Assembly: GCA_023229825.1 (NCBI GenBank)
Contig: JALNYN010000006.1
Location: 255-64,254, forward strand
Length of the DNA: 64,000 nt
Reading direction: 5' to 3'
Source of the DNA: Minisyncoccota bacterium
Lineage (GTDB): Bacteria; Patescibacteriota; Minisyncoccia; Phycocordibacterales; CAIJYI01
A program made the translations under genes and the position numbers. Positions 19,164 through 28,334 of this stretch are shown here, piece by piece; positions within the stretch are counted from its first letter, which is position 1, and each line of letters starts with the position of its first letter. The notes beneath the pieces were generated by a model. It did no database searches. It was given only the letters and a program-made list of their open reading frames with translations, and had not been told where the DNA came from.

Positions 19164-19540
19164 TTACATGGTAAATCCAAGCGACAACGGATCGATCCTT
19201 ATTATCTTGTCATCGTCTTCTTTTGGCGCGCCTCTCCCGTCGCAATTGTTCGTTAAAATATAGAGCATACCATCGGGACCGGTGACCACAGTTCGCAGCC
19301 TGCCGAACTCGCCGCTGTAATATTTTTTTGGCTGAGAGATTTTTCCCCGCACATCGACAAGATCAAATGACCATTTACATAGGTCATGCCGGAAGGCGCC
19401 CAAGCTTCCTTCTCTCCGGAATGCAAGATCGGAGACTCCATCCCTTCCTGGGTTTTGTTTCCTTCGATCACCGGCCAGCCATAATTCTTTCCGGCCTCGA
19501 TCTTATTCAGTTCGTCAAATCCGGATAGGATCCCGGATCT
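19164..19540 (-). pseudogene. truncated, frameshifted remnant of a PQQ-dependent sugar (glucose/sorbosone) dehydrogenase
   Basis: two overlapping minus-strand frames encode NYGWPVIEGNKTQEGMESPILHSGEKEAWAPSGMTYVNGHL and PDGMLYILTNNCDGRGAPKEDDDKIIRIDP, which are C-terminal beta-propeller motifs of sorbosone-dehydrogenase-type enzymes; only ~120 aa of a ~370-aa enzyme remain. Confidence 0.6.
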
Positions 19541-19553
19541 TCATTGAAAGAAA

Positions 19554-20168
19554 ATGATTTCCTCAGGCGTACTAAATCTCTCGCGCAAAAAAGCGCGAAT
19601 TTATTATTATTCTATTTTTTGTATGATTGCAAAATCTACTATTGCAAAAACGGTCGGCATTCTTGCCGTTCCTCTTGCTATTATCGGACTCGTTTCGACA
19701 TTCCCAGCCGAAACCAAATTGCAAAGCGCAAACGCTGCGAGCGCAGACATGTTCCTTGAAATTGAAGGAATTCCGGGTGAGGCAGGCACAACCCAAAGCG
19801 GCATTGAGATCGAGTCGTGGTCATGGGGAGCGAGCAATCCGAGTAGCGTCGGATCGGGTGGCATGGGGTCGGGAAAAGTCAGTATGCAAGACTTCCATTT
19901 TATGAGAACTTCGGATAACTCCTCGCTTCACGTTCTGCAAGCCGCAGCAAAAGGAACACATTTTCCTAAAGCAACACTCCGCATCGTCAAACCTGACGGA
20001 AGCGCTACAAAAATAACTCTATCTGATTTGATCGTAAGTTCCTACGGAGCAAGTTCCGGAAACGGATCGCCGACCGAATCCTTCACCCTCAATTTCCAAA
20101 AAATTGAATGGACATACGAAAACGGAAAAACATTCACCTGGGATTTAAAAAAGGGAACGAAAATTTAA
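19554..20168 (+). CDS. Hcp (T6SS tube protein)-family protein with N-terminal signal peptide / anchor
   Basis: 204 aa; from ADMFLEIEGIPGEAGTTQSGIEIESWSWGASN...GKVSMQDFHFMRTSDNSSLHVLQAAAKGTHFPKATLRIVKPDGS...SDLIVSSYGASSGNGSPTESFTLNFQKIEWTY aligns motif-for-motif with Hcp1 (DMFLKLDGIKGES...EIDVLSWSWG...FQDLSFTK...ASP.L..A...G.H...A.L...K.GG...Y....L.DV.V.S......G..P.E...LNF.KI...Y); preceded by hydrophobic TVGILAVPLAIIGLVSTFPA; probable true start at 19623. Confidence 0.7.
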   Translation: MISSGVLNLSRKKARIYYYSIFCMIAKSTIAKTVGILAVPLAIIGLVSTFPAETKLQSANAASADMFLEIEGIPGEAGTTQSGIEIESWSWGASNPSSVGSGGMGSGKVSMQDFHFMRTSDNSSLHVLQAAAKGTHFPKATLRIVKPDGSATKITLSDLIVSSYGASSGNGSPTESFTLNFQKIEWTYENGKTFTWDLKKGTKI

Positions 20169-20349
20169 TAAAAAAGAGCACACCAACCTGCGTGCTCTTT
20201 TTTCATCAGAGTAATTTGCTCTGACCCTATACCCTCGCCTATTGTTAGAGCTTAATATGATTTAAAGAATTTATGCCCAATGTAGTAACGGAGTGACGGA
20301 CTTGCCGATCCATCGGTCGCATTCAGACAAATTAACTCAATATTGTTTT

Positions 20350-20380
20350 TTGACAAAAACATTAAATTGTAATACAGTGA
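20350..20380 (+). promoter_or_regulatory. sigma70-like promoter for the 43-aa small ORF
   Basis: TTGACA (20350-20355) - ~17 nt - TAATAC/TACAGT, followed by SD AGGAGGTGA 5-9 nt before the ATG. Confidence 0.5.
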
Positions 20381-20399
20381 CATCAGGAGGTGAGGACTT

Positions 20400-20531
20400 A
20401 TGTCATCAGGTATCGTTATCTGCGTCTTGAGTATTTTTCTTTCCGAAGTGGTCAACCGATTTCTGGAAAAGATCGAATACAAACCCGACGAGAAAAAAGA
20501 CGAAATAAACAAGATAAGCATCACGAAATAG
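20400..20531 (+). CDS. small 43-aa single-TM peptide (MSSGIVICVLSIFLSEVVNRFLEKIEYKPDEKKDEINKISITK)
   Basis: not in ORF track (<60 aa); ATG preceded by canonical SD AGGAGGTGA and a TTGACA promoter; followed by a strong rho-independent terminator; hydrophobic N-terminus then charged tail. Confidence 0.55.
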   Translation: MSSGIVICVLSIFLSEVVNRFLEKIEYKPDEKKDEINKISITK

Positions 20532-20539
20532 AAATAAAA

Positions 20540-20575
20540 GACAAACGTCCGACTCACGAGCCGGACGTTTTTTCT
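20540..20575 (+). terminator. rho-independent terminator of the small-peptide unit
   Basis: aacgtccg-actcacgagc-cggacgtt followed by tttttt. Confidence 0.7.
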
Positions 20576-20633
20576 TGTCTCGTTACTTGTCATATTGCAA
20601 AGATCCGCCCGAGAAACGGGCGGATAAAAAATA

Positions 20634-21608
20634 TCAGAACAAGAGATATGGACTGATAATGTCCATGTGGCTGTTCGCCCAGAAGCCGATCGCAGTCACA
20701 ACGACGCTGAGAAACAAAATCGCCCAAGCGTACGCAACCTTGTCTCTGAACTCGATCTCCAACAGCTTTTCAAGTAGATAGAAAGCCGAAAAAGTTCCCG
20801 CGACGCCGGAAATAACCGGCAGATCCGCTAACGTTCCAATGGCAATACCGGCAATACCGGCCGCGATCGTTAATATTTGCATCCGACCATAAGAAAACTC
20901 GTGAGATGACCATTTAGAGCTCATTATGAGAAGACCAAGATAAAATGCGAAAGCGCCGAACCATTTCGCGCCGCTTTCAAATATGCCAACATGCTCAGGC
21001 ATAAAGCCCGAAAGCTTCACAGAAATATACAGCGCAAGAATAAAGAATGCGGTAAGCGTTCCTTTCGTGACAGCCTTTGTATCCTCAAGCCCAACGAACC
21101 CGACAAGCCCCATGAGCGCGCCTACAGAGAAGAAACCTATAAGTTCGCTCTGGTACCAAACGGCCACAGCGCCCCAAACAAGCGTCAGTATTCCAAAGAA
21201 TATTTTCGGATTATCGCGTTCGTGCAACACACCGGTAAGCCCAAGTGCGCCGCTAAAAACGAGACATCCGAAGAATGCCAGCCAGATACTATTCGCGCCG
21301 TCATAATACAAACCGTTCACGATGAGTACGACCCCAAAAAGGTAAAGGATCCCCTCCCATAATTCTTTCGGTACATCTGCAAGACACCGGATCAATTTGG
21401 CAACGTAATACCGAAATAGAAACAAAAAGCAGCATGCTCCGACGATGATCGCGACGGTTAGCATCACATTCGTAAGAGTGAACATTCGAGTGATCACCCC
21501 GACGGCTTTCTGCGCGGTCGAAAGTTCCGGACATACATCTGCAAACGCTAGCGCGGGAAGCAGAGAAAAGAAAAGGAGAAAGACAGCGATGTTTTTTTTC
21601 ATGCACAA
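20634..21608 (-). CDS. hypothetical polytopic membrane protein
   Basis: 324 aa, N-terminal signal-like segment and ~9 TM helices; no catalytic motif recognised. Confidence 0.55.
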   Translation of the reverse strand: MCMKKNIAVFLLFFSLLPALAFADVCPELSTAQKAVGVITRMFTLTNVMLTVAIIVGACCFLFLFRYYVAKLIRCLADVPKELWEGILYLFGVVLIVNGLYYDGANSIWLAFFGCLVFSGALGLTGVLHERDNPKIFFGILTLVWGAVAVWYQSELIGFFSVGALMGLVGFVGLEDTKAVTKGTLTAFFILALYISVKLSGFMPEHVGIFESGAKWFGAFAFYLGLLIMSSKWSSHEFSYGRMQILTIAAGIAGIAIGTLADLPVISGVAGTFSAFYLLEKLLEIEFRDKVAYAWAILFLSVVVTAIGFWANSHMDIISPYLLF

Positions 21609-21930
21609 CCTCCAAAAGTTAAACTAAACATCCATGAAAGGAACAAAGCCGAAAAATTCGGCGTTCTGTGGGATATTAACAAGATAAATCTCATATGTCA
21701 ATCACGATCATTTCAGTGTTTCAAAAACGGAACTTCCACATAATGAGGTCGAGTTTTTTCACGACGGGAATATTTTTAAACTCCGGCAAAGATCGATCGA
21801 ATCTGTAAGATAAACGAAACCGCCCGAGTCAAATTGAACCGGGCGGTTCGTTATTAAATAATAGTTGATGAGCGTTATATTACGCTCTTTCTTCGCCATT
21901 CCGGCGATTCTGAATCCTGACGGCGAATCG

Positions 21931-22332
21931 TTATGCTGCTTTCTTTTCATCGACCCCTTCTCCTTCCGTGAAATACCCAAGCTTCACAGCTTCTTCTTTT
22001 GCTTTGACCGCCCCCTCTTCATCCCCCAGAAGATCGCGATAAATGTGTTCAGCTTTTTTAAAATGTTCTGACCCTGCCGCAAAATCTTTATTTTCCGTTG
22101 CCTCTTTTGCAAGACGAAGCTCTTCCGGTATCCAATAATTGCGCGCGACGATCTCTGATCGCGGCATTCGTTTTTCTTCTATCGGTTCTCCCCAAGCCAT
22201 ACCCTTGTCCTCGTTTTTCGGCTGGGAAGCTTCGTGTTTCCTGAAAAGATCAAAGGCTTGCTCGTAATTATTTTCCTCAAGAGCTTTTACTCCCTGTTCT
22301 TCAAAGTCCAAATCTTTTTCCATGTTTTCCAT
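21931..22332 (-). CDS. hypothetical acidic protein
   Basis: 133-aa ORF followed by a hairpin terminator at 21818-21848 (aaccgcccg...cgggcggtt). Confidence 0.5.
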   Translation of the reverse strand: MENMEKDLDFEEQGVKALEENNYEQAFDLFRKHEASQPKNEDKGMAWGEPIEEKRMPRSEIVARNYWIPEELRLAKEATENKDFAAGSEHFKKAEHIYRDLLGDEEGAVKAKEEAVKLGYFTEGEGVDEKKAA

Positions 22333-22463
22333 AAAAATATATGATTATGAATAATTGCAATGTTCGTTTTAGAATACCATATCATCTCGTCTCAAACAAT
22401 AAGAATAAGGACACTGTTTCATAAGAACCTGTCGACCTCTCTTTTTAAACACCTACCACTTTC

Positions 22464-23015
22464 TCAAAAATAACCGCCCGCGTCAAAGACCCGGGCGGTT
22501 TGTTGTTGTGTCGAAAAAATCGTATAGCCTGATCGTAAGATTACGATCCTCCCTCTTTTTGCGGCTTCGGCATACGCGGCGCCTATCTTGCGCCAGATCT
22601 CCTCGCAGCTGCAAAAAACGTCTTCGCCGGCTTTCATAAAATTGCCGGGAGAAACTTCAACGAGCGGATAGATCACGTTATTCATTCCGCATATCTCGCA
22701 AGAACTCACTTTGATCTCAAAATTTTGACCTTCTTTGCCTTGAAACAGCTCTCTCGACTGATCGCCAAGCTCTTGGTAAGGGTTTGGACCTTCCCAAAAC
22801 GGCGTATGTTCGATCTCAGGATGGCGCTCGGAAAATTCCTTATCGAGTTTTTTCTGCGCTTCTTGGGATCTTGCCCTGTCGCAGGCGCAATAAGAAGGCC
22901 ACCCCGATTGCATGCTTATACCGTGCCCCATAGGCACCCAAGGAAACGATACTTTTGTTTCCCCGCATTCCGGACAGGTCGTAACCTTTATCTCGTACTT
23001 TTCATTTTCAGCCAT
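22464..23015 (-). CDS. hypothetical protein with duplicated Cys-containing (zinc-ribbon-like) module
   Basis: 183 aa; two repeats YEIKVTTCPECGETKVSFPWV...YCACD and FEIKVSSCEICGMNNVIYPLV...FCSCEE; 3' end overlaps terminator hairpin 22473-22500. Confidence 0.55.
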   Translation of the reverse strand: MAENEKYEIKVTTCPECGETKVSFPWVPMGHGISMQSGWPSYCACDRARSQEAQKKLDKEFSERHPEIEHTPFWEGPNPYQELGDQSRELFQGKEGQNFEIKVSSCEICGMNNVIYPLVEVSPGNFMKAGEDVFCSCEEIWRKIGAAYAEAAKRGRIVILRSGYTIFSTQQQTARVFDAGGYF

Positions 23016-23127
23016 TTTATTTACCTCGTCTTCCGAATGAACCGCGATCTGCTGAAGATCGCAACACCGCTCGTATTAAAGCATTTTGAAAAGAAAAATG
23101 CAAAAATGAGAACACTATAATACCATT

Positions 23128-23206
23128 CGTCATCCCGGGCCGGGACCCGGGATCCACGGGGAGTAACGACAGACGTGGATTCCCGCTCGCGGGCTGGAAT
23201 GACAAC
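23128..23206. repeat. family R1 palindromic repeat unit
   Basis: cgtcatcccgggccgggacccgggatccacggggagtaacgacagacgtggattcccgctcgcgggctggaatgacaac. Confidence 0.8.
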
Positions 23207-23485
23207 TGAAATAGGTTTACTGGAGATGGTATAAGTACAAACACCATCAAAAGAAAACCCGCCATAAAGACGGGTTCGGACGAGTAATTGTTATTGGAAG
23301 AAAGTCCGATAAGCTTTAAAGAACAAATGCGTTAGAAAACACTTATACTCTCAGTATAAGATAATCTCATGAGAGGTCAAGCGAAAAAGTGGATAAATTT
23401 CGGAGCCGAAACACAGTATGCTTGACCGAATTCCTCCTCGCTTTTCCCCATTGCTCGCTTATGATACAATGTGTTCGGATAATTT

Positions 23486-23998
23486 TTGAAATTTGATCCG
23501 GAGGGAAAAATGAGAATAATTTTAGCTTTGTTGCTTGCCATACTGTTTTCTTGCGTACATGAAGCCGTTGCCGCGCCAACTTGGTATCACACCAACCCAA
23601 TCGTAAAACCCAATAAAGATACGAGGGGCGAATATTATTTTACTTTCACGGGAAATGACGGACAATGCGTCGTCGCCTATGAAATAAACAGCGGACCGGG
23701 CATGAGAAGAGAGATCGCGGTTATCGCAACAAAAACTTCCCACGCAACGGAAGAAGTTCAGTCCGTATATATTTATACGGCGAAAGACGTCAACTGGAAC
23801 TTTATCGAGCCGGTAATCATGAGGTCAAAAGTAGAAAAATTTTCAAGACATTGGAATGAGAACGGCCAGTCGGAATCCACATCAATGTTTACCTATGACG
23901 GTGATATTTTCAATCCCGTTTGCGGAGAGGCGTTGAGAGCCCTGCCGGATGTGGTGGAAAACGATGTCGGTTATCTGATAGATCTTGTGAAGCAATAG
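23486..23998 (+). CDS. hypothetical secreted protein
   Basis: 170 aa; signal peptide MRIILALLLAILFSCVHEAVAAP (probable start ~23510); terminator hairpin aaacgccgg-gaaa-ccggcgttt at 24003-24028. Confidence 0.6.
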   Translation: MKFDPEGKMRIILALLLAILFSCVHEAVAAPTWYHTNPIVKPNKDTRGEYYFTFTGNDGQCVVAYEINSGPGMRREIAVIATKTSHATEEVQSVYIYTAKDVNWNFIEPVIMRSKVEKFSRHWNENGQSESTSMFTYDGDIFNPVCGEALRALPDVVENDVGYLIDLVKQ

Positions 23999-24083
23999 CA
24001 GCAAAACGCCGGGAAACCGGCGTTTTTAATTGTATCTGTGAAATAGATCAGAAATGAGATTTAAAAATAAAACGTTACTGAGA

Positions 24084-24659
24084 TTATTTCTTTTCGTCCT
24101 GCGGTGATTCGGGAAGATCTAAGGCCTTGCGCAAATCAGCGATCTTTTTTTGGTCCTCCAAATGCATTGATCCTTGTTCGTCTTTCTCTGCTTGCTCTTT
24201 TTGTACAACGTCCATCGCCTTTTTTATTAGATTTTCAAAATGTGTCTTTTGGACGGTGGCGTCGACTTTTTCTTTTGACATTCCTCCCGTCATTTCCAGC
24301 ATTCTTCTTGTTGATTCAACATCAAAACGATCGGAGCGCGCCTGTATAGCGAGAGGAGAAGATGCGAGTTTTGTCATCTCTTGAACTTGGTCATCGCTCA
24401 GCGTAGCCAAAAAATCCAGACCGTGCTCCGTCAGTTCTTTTTCATAAAAATCCAGTTTTCTTTCGATCTCCAGATATTCCTTTACTTTTGCTTCGACCGC
24501 GTCCTTCAAAGCAAAATTTTTTTCTTCCGGATTTTTGGAATAAGGGATATCGATAACAAAATCAGTATCTTCTATTGATGAAGGATCGCGAACCGTAAAT
24601 TCTCCCCCAAAAACATCTTCATTTTTTGATCCTCCAGAAGCTTTATTTTCCATATTCAT
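24084..24659 (-). CDS. hypothetical acidic protein
   Basis: 191-aa ORF, highly charged (E/K/D rich). Confidence 0.45.
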   Translation of the reverse strand: MNMENKASGGSKNEDVFGGEFTVRDPSSIEDTDFVIDIPYSKNPEEKNFALKDAVEAKVKEYLEIERKLDFYEKELTEHGLDFLATLSDDQVQEMTKLASSPLAIQARSDRFDVESTRRMLEMTGGMSKEKVDATVQKTHFENLIKKAMDVVQKEQAEKDEQGSMHLEDQKKIADLRKALDLPESPQDEKK

Positions 24660-24753
24660 ACGTTTTTTAAAATGTGTTCTGATTAATTTTCAATGTCGGG
24701 TATAAAACACTACGCCACCGTCAAAAAATAAACGTGACTGTCCCGAGTATATT

Positions 24754-25686
24754 TTACTTCATATTCTGCGCAAGGGTCTCTTCCGTCTGTGATATTTTTT
24801 TCATAATGTTGCTCAGTGTTTCTATTGTTTTCGCTCTTCTATCCATCGCCGCTTGCAGTTTGAGTTGTGTGATCTGGTTCAGCTCGCCTTCCGTATCTTT
24901 GGAGTCATTAAGGGCGGACTCAAATTTTCGCACGTCATTTTTTGCGAAAAAAAGCCACCATGGTTTTTTCACGGACACTTTTCCCGTCTCAATATTTCCT
25001 TCCGCGATCATCTCATATTTCACGGGAACAAAACCTAAAATTTCCGCCTCGCGTTCATATTTGACCTTAACCGTCTTTTCTTCAAGCGTGATGTTTTTTA
25101 TTCCCGGCATTGCCGTTTTTACTTCTTTTGCAAAAACAGTTGCGAGTTCCGGCTGTTCCAAATCTTTTTCCGAAATATTTTTAAAGATGCGCGGACCGTC
25201 ATTTTCCAGTTTTCCCGGCTCCGACACCGTCTCGGCTTTCGTCATATCATTTACCAAACGAAGGCTCGCCGTTTGCATGCCAAACGGGTCGTCGGGCATG
25301 GTATTTTTCTCTAAAGGATCGGGCGGTCTTTCCGTCTTTTGAATTGCCGGTATATTCATCGGTTGTATATCGATCGGATCGGGAGACATTGCGTTTTTTT
25401 CCAAAGGAGTTTCCGGTATGGAAGTTTTACCGAAATCATCCGGCGGCATAATTATCTTATTCGTCGTCGGAATGCTCACCGCCGGTTTTTCCAAAGGGTC
25501 GACAGGCATTTGCTCAACTTTTTCTATCGGTGCAACAGCAGGAGCGACGACTTTTACCGGAACCGGTGCGATAATGGTTGTTTTCGGTTGAATGGTCGGT
25601 GCCGAAATCTTAAGCGGCATCTCCGCAAAAACCGGAGCACCGAAAACAAATGATGCGAGAACAATATATATTGATGAATTTTTCAT
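24754..25686 (-). CDS. secreted protein with Pro-rich P-x-DPLEK repeats
   Basis: 310 aa; signal peptide MKNSSIYIVLASFVFGAPVFA; repeats PVDPLEKPAVS, PETPLEKNAMSPDP, PPDPLEKNTMPDDP. Confidence 0.6.
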   Translation of the reverse strand: MKNSSIYIVLASFVFGAPVFAEMPLKISAPTIQPKTTIIAPVPVKVVAPAVAPIEKVEQMPVDPLEKPAVSIPTTNKIIMPPDDFGKTSIPETPLEKNAMSPDPIDIQPMNIPAIQKTERPPDPLEKNTMPDDPFGMQTASLRLVNDMTKAETVSEPGKLENDGPRIFKNISEKDLEQPELATVFAKEVKTAMPGIKNITLEEKTVKVKYEREAEILGFVPVKYEMIAEGNIETGKVSVKKPWWLFFAKNDVRKFESALNDSKDTEGELNQITQLKLQAAMDRRAKTIETLSNIMKKISQTEETLAQNMK

Positions 25687-25808
25687 ACCACCCCATTATA
25701 TCACAAATACGATGAAGCGGAGACAACAATTGCTGCAGGAATGGGGACCGTCACCATTTTAATGATCACACCATACATTTCAGAAAAGAATCGTACCTGA
25801 CCATTTCC

Positions 25809-28076
25809 CTACCTTGGCCTGGAAATTATCGTTTGCGCTGAATCAGTATGATTTCCGAGACCGATACCGAGCATGGAACCCATTTTGAGGTCATTGGATC
25901 CGGTAATCGTCGTAAAACGACCGGTGTTCGGACTTTGCCGTCCGGTGAGTATATCCATGCCTTCATATAAATATTTTTTATTCGCCATCCAATCGGCGAT
26001 CTGATCCATGACGAGTTCCACCGGCCACGGGCGAAGAAGCCTCGTGATGCGGAGTTCTTCAAGCATCCGGCAACCTTCCACTCTTGTTTCTTCTTTGTTG
26101 AGAAGTTTCAATATCTCTCCTTTATGTTTTTCAAATTCTTCGGCCGCGCTTTCGTACACTTCCGGCAATTTTTCTCTTTCAAAAATATGATCCTTCAGAT
26201 AAGCGATCATGAGTTCCGTCTGTTCGACCGCGCTTTTTCCGGAAGAGAAAGGAACCGGCCTGGTTTCCACAAGGAACCAGCCCTTTCGCGGAGAATCTTC
26301 CGTAAAAACGCTTTCTCCCCGCTCTTTGTGCCGATCCGCATTTTGTACAATATCGCCGTAGCCCTCCGCTTTCAATTTTTCCCCAAAACGTTCAATGAGA
26401 TATTCCGTCGTCATCGGTTTTCCTTGTTCGTCGTCCGGCATTTGGTATTTGAGGTACGCGCCGCGTTCTTTCGCTTCCGCCAATTTTTCGGCGGTGAATG
26501 GGATCGGCGGAAGTTTTTCCATGTCTGCTTTTATTCCCATACTCCAAGGTCCGCGAACGTTTTCATGCCCCAAAATCGACTCGGCGGCGGAAATCTGCTC
26601 CATGATCGGCATCGTTGATTCTATTTCGGGGAGATGCAATGCCGGTACGGTATTTTTCTTCAAAAATTTATACGCTACCGTTCTCGGGTTTCCAAAAAAA
26701 CTTTGCGCGATGCCGCTTCTGTCAACCCCGACTTTATGTATCCCCAAACCGCCCGCGTTATGCTTTTTTTCAAGCAATGATCTTCTCCATTTTTCAGATT
26801 TTTTTGTTTTGATACCCGCCAAACTTCTTGCGAGAGAGGCAAGATTGTGGGGCATATCGTTTGAATCATACTTTCCGCCGCCTGGCATATTTCTGCGATC
26901 TTCCATGTAACGGTGAAAGAATTCTTCTCTCATTTCCCACGCTTTTTTATCGTCCCTTCCCGCCAAGCTTTCCATAATGAAATTACTGGGAAAAACTTCA
27001 AGCGATCGCTCCAGCAGTTTTAACGCAAGATCGTCACTGCGGCCGGTGAGAGCCGAAAATGCGAGATAATTAGTTTTTTCATGTTGATTACCTTTTTTAA
27101 ATATTTCTTCAAAACACCAAGAAAGCATTTCATCGGTTTTTTCGCTTTGAACGCCGCTCAAGCTTTCGGCGATCATATCCGGCGCCTCATTAACATGCGG
27201 ATTTTTTTCATGCAATTTGTCAATTTCTCTTGAAATTGTTTGCCATCCTTTTTTGTCGGATTCATCACATGCTTTCATTTCAAAATCTAATTTTTGTTTT
27301 TGAGGAAGAAACTCTTTGTATTTTTCCATCAGCTTTTCTCTCCATGCGTTTGCTTCTTCATTATTTATCCCGCGATAACTTTCCCCGATGTATTCTTGTT
27401 CGGCATCACCGCACAGTTTGGTGCCCCGCTCTCGCATTTCTTTTGCCCGATCGTTCTCTATCCCCGCCAAACTGGCAAGTGCGGCCTGCGCCAATTTTTT
27501 ATATGTTTTGTCTTCTTCCCCCATTTTCATGACCTTTTCCCTCCATTCTCTCGCCGAAGGAGTGTCAACCCCAGTATAACTCAAGGTAATCGCTTCCCAA
27601 TATCCCATATCGGTTTTATATCGTTCTCTCATTTGTTCCGCTTTCGGACTGTCCTCTCCGGCGAGCGCCTGCAAAACATCTTCTATTTTTACCCCCAAAA
27701 CCGTTTCAGACTTTCTCTCTTCAAGCAAATACTCAAGCGTTGAAAAAGCGTTTTCATCAAACCGCTCCGCCTCTCCAATTTCGTGCTTGCGTTTTCGCTC
27801 TTCAAAATAACGTGCGATGGAATTCCATAGACCGTGTTTTTCCGTGGTTTCCGTTCTCATTTTCGGGATCAAGCGAGTAGGTTCGCGCATTGTTTCAGTT
27901 TTCGGCGTTTCCGACGGAAAATTCATCGCTTCGATCTTTTGTTTTATTCTTTCTTGCTGTTCCGTGGTATCCATCTCCGGTTTCTGCGCCGGCATTTCCA
28001 CCGATCCTTCTTTCGGCGCACGTTCCGCCACTTTTTCTCCCATAACCTCTTCTAAAGAATGTTCTTGGTTTTTCAT
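25809..28076 (-). CDS. large hypothetical protein with ~7 HEAT/PBS-lyase-like SLAG-x5-KA-x-EMRE repeats
   Basis: 755 aa; repeated ALASLAGIENDRAKEMRE / ESLAGRDDKKAWEMREE / ARSLAGIKTKKSEKWRRS / LQALAGEDSPKAEQMRERY units; C-terminal ~250 aa unknown. Confidence 0.6.
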   Translation of the reverse strand: MKNQEHSLEEVMGEKVAERAPKEGSVEMPAQKPEMDTTEQQERIKQKIEAMNFPSETPKTETMREPTRLIPKMRTETTEKHGLWNSIARYFEERKRKHEIGEAERFDENAFSTLEYLLEERKSETVLGVKIEDVLQALAGEDSPKAEQMRERYKTDMGYWEAITLSYTGVDTPSAREWREKVMKMGEEDKTYKKLAQAALASLAGIENDRAKEMRERGTKLCGDAEQEYIGESYRGINNEEANAWREKLMEKYKEFLPQKQKLDFEMKACDESDKKGWQTISREIDKLHEKNPHVNEAPDMIAESLSGVQSEKTDEMLSWCFEEIFKKGNQHEKTNYLAFSALTGRSDDLALKLLERSLEVFPSNFIMESLAGRDDKKAWEMREEFFHRYMEDRRNMPGGGKYDSNDMPHNLASLARSLAGIKTKKSEKWRRSLLEKKHNAGGLGIHKVGVDRSGIAQSFFGNPRTVAYKFLKKNTVPALHLPEIESTMPIMEQISAAESILGHENVRGPWSMGIKADMEKLPPIPFTAEKLAEAKERGAYLKYQMPDDEQGKPMTTEYLIERFGEKLKAEGYGDIVQNADRHKERGESVFTEDSPRKGWFLVETRPVPFSSGKSAVEQTELMIAYLKDHIFEREKLPEVYESAAEEFEKHKGEILKLLNKEETRVEGCRMLEELRITRLLRPWPVELVMDQIADWMANKKYLYEGMDILTGRQSPNTGRFTTITGSNDLKMGSMLGIGLGNHTDSAQTIISRPR

Positions 28077-28150
28077 GACGTATGGATTATCGTTTGTAAT
28101 ATTCTCTCATTATAACAATAAAGAAATTTATTTTATAGGGCATGCACTTC

Positions 28151-28188
28151 AAGCAATAGCAGCAAACGCCGGGAAACCGGCGTTTTTA
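28151..28188. repeat. duplicate of the 23990-24028 segment (CDS-end plus terminator module)
   Basis: aagcaatagcagcaaacgccgggaaaccggcgttttta vs aagcaatagcagcaaaacgccgggaaaccggcgttttta. Confidence 0.8.
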
Positions 28189-28334
28189 TGTGTGCGCGCA
28201 CTGATTCGAAATAATTAGTCCACGGATTTCAAAAAGAACGAGTGCCTGACCCCGATTCCGCTAGACATTGACATTTAATCAAATATATAGCAGTATATTT
28301 ATCAGTTGCACTTCTCTATCAAAGGAGGTTTGTC

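Noticed and set aside
20252-20593. 113-aa minus-strand ORF
   Set aside because: It overlaps antisense the small-peptide unit, which has a promoter, a perfect SD and a terminator. The 113-aa ORF has none of these signals.
26124-27743. Several 100-170-aa plus-strand ORFs
   Set aside because: All are embedded antisense within the 755-aa repeat-protein gene. They are F/R-rich shadow frames.
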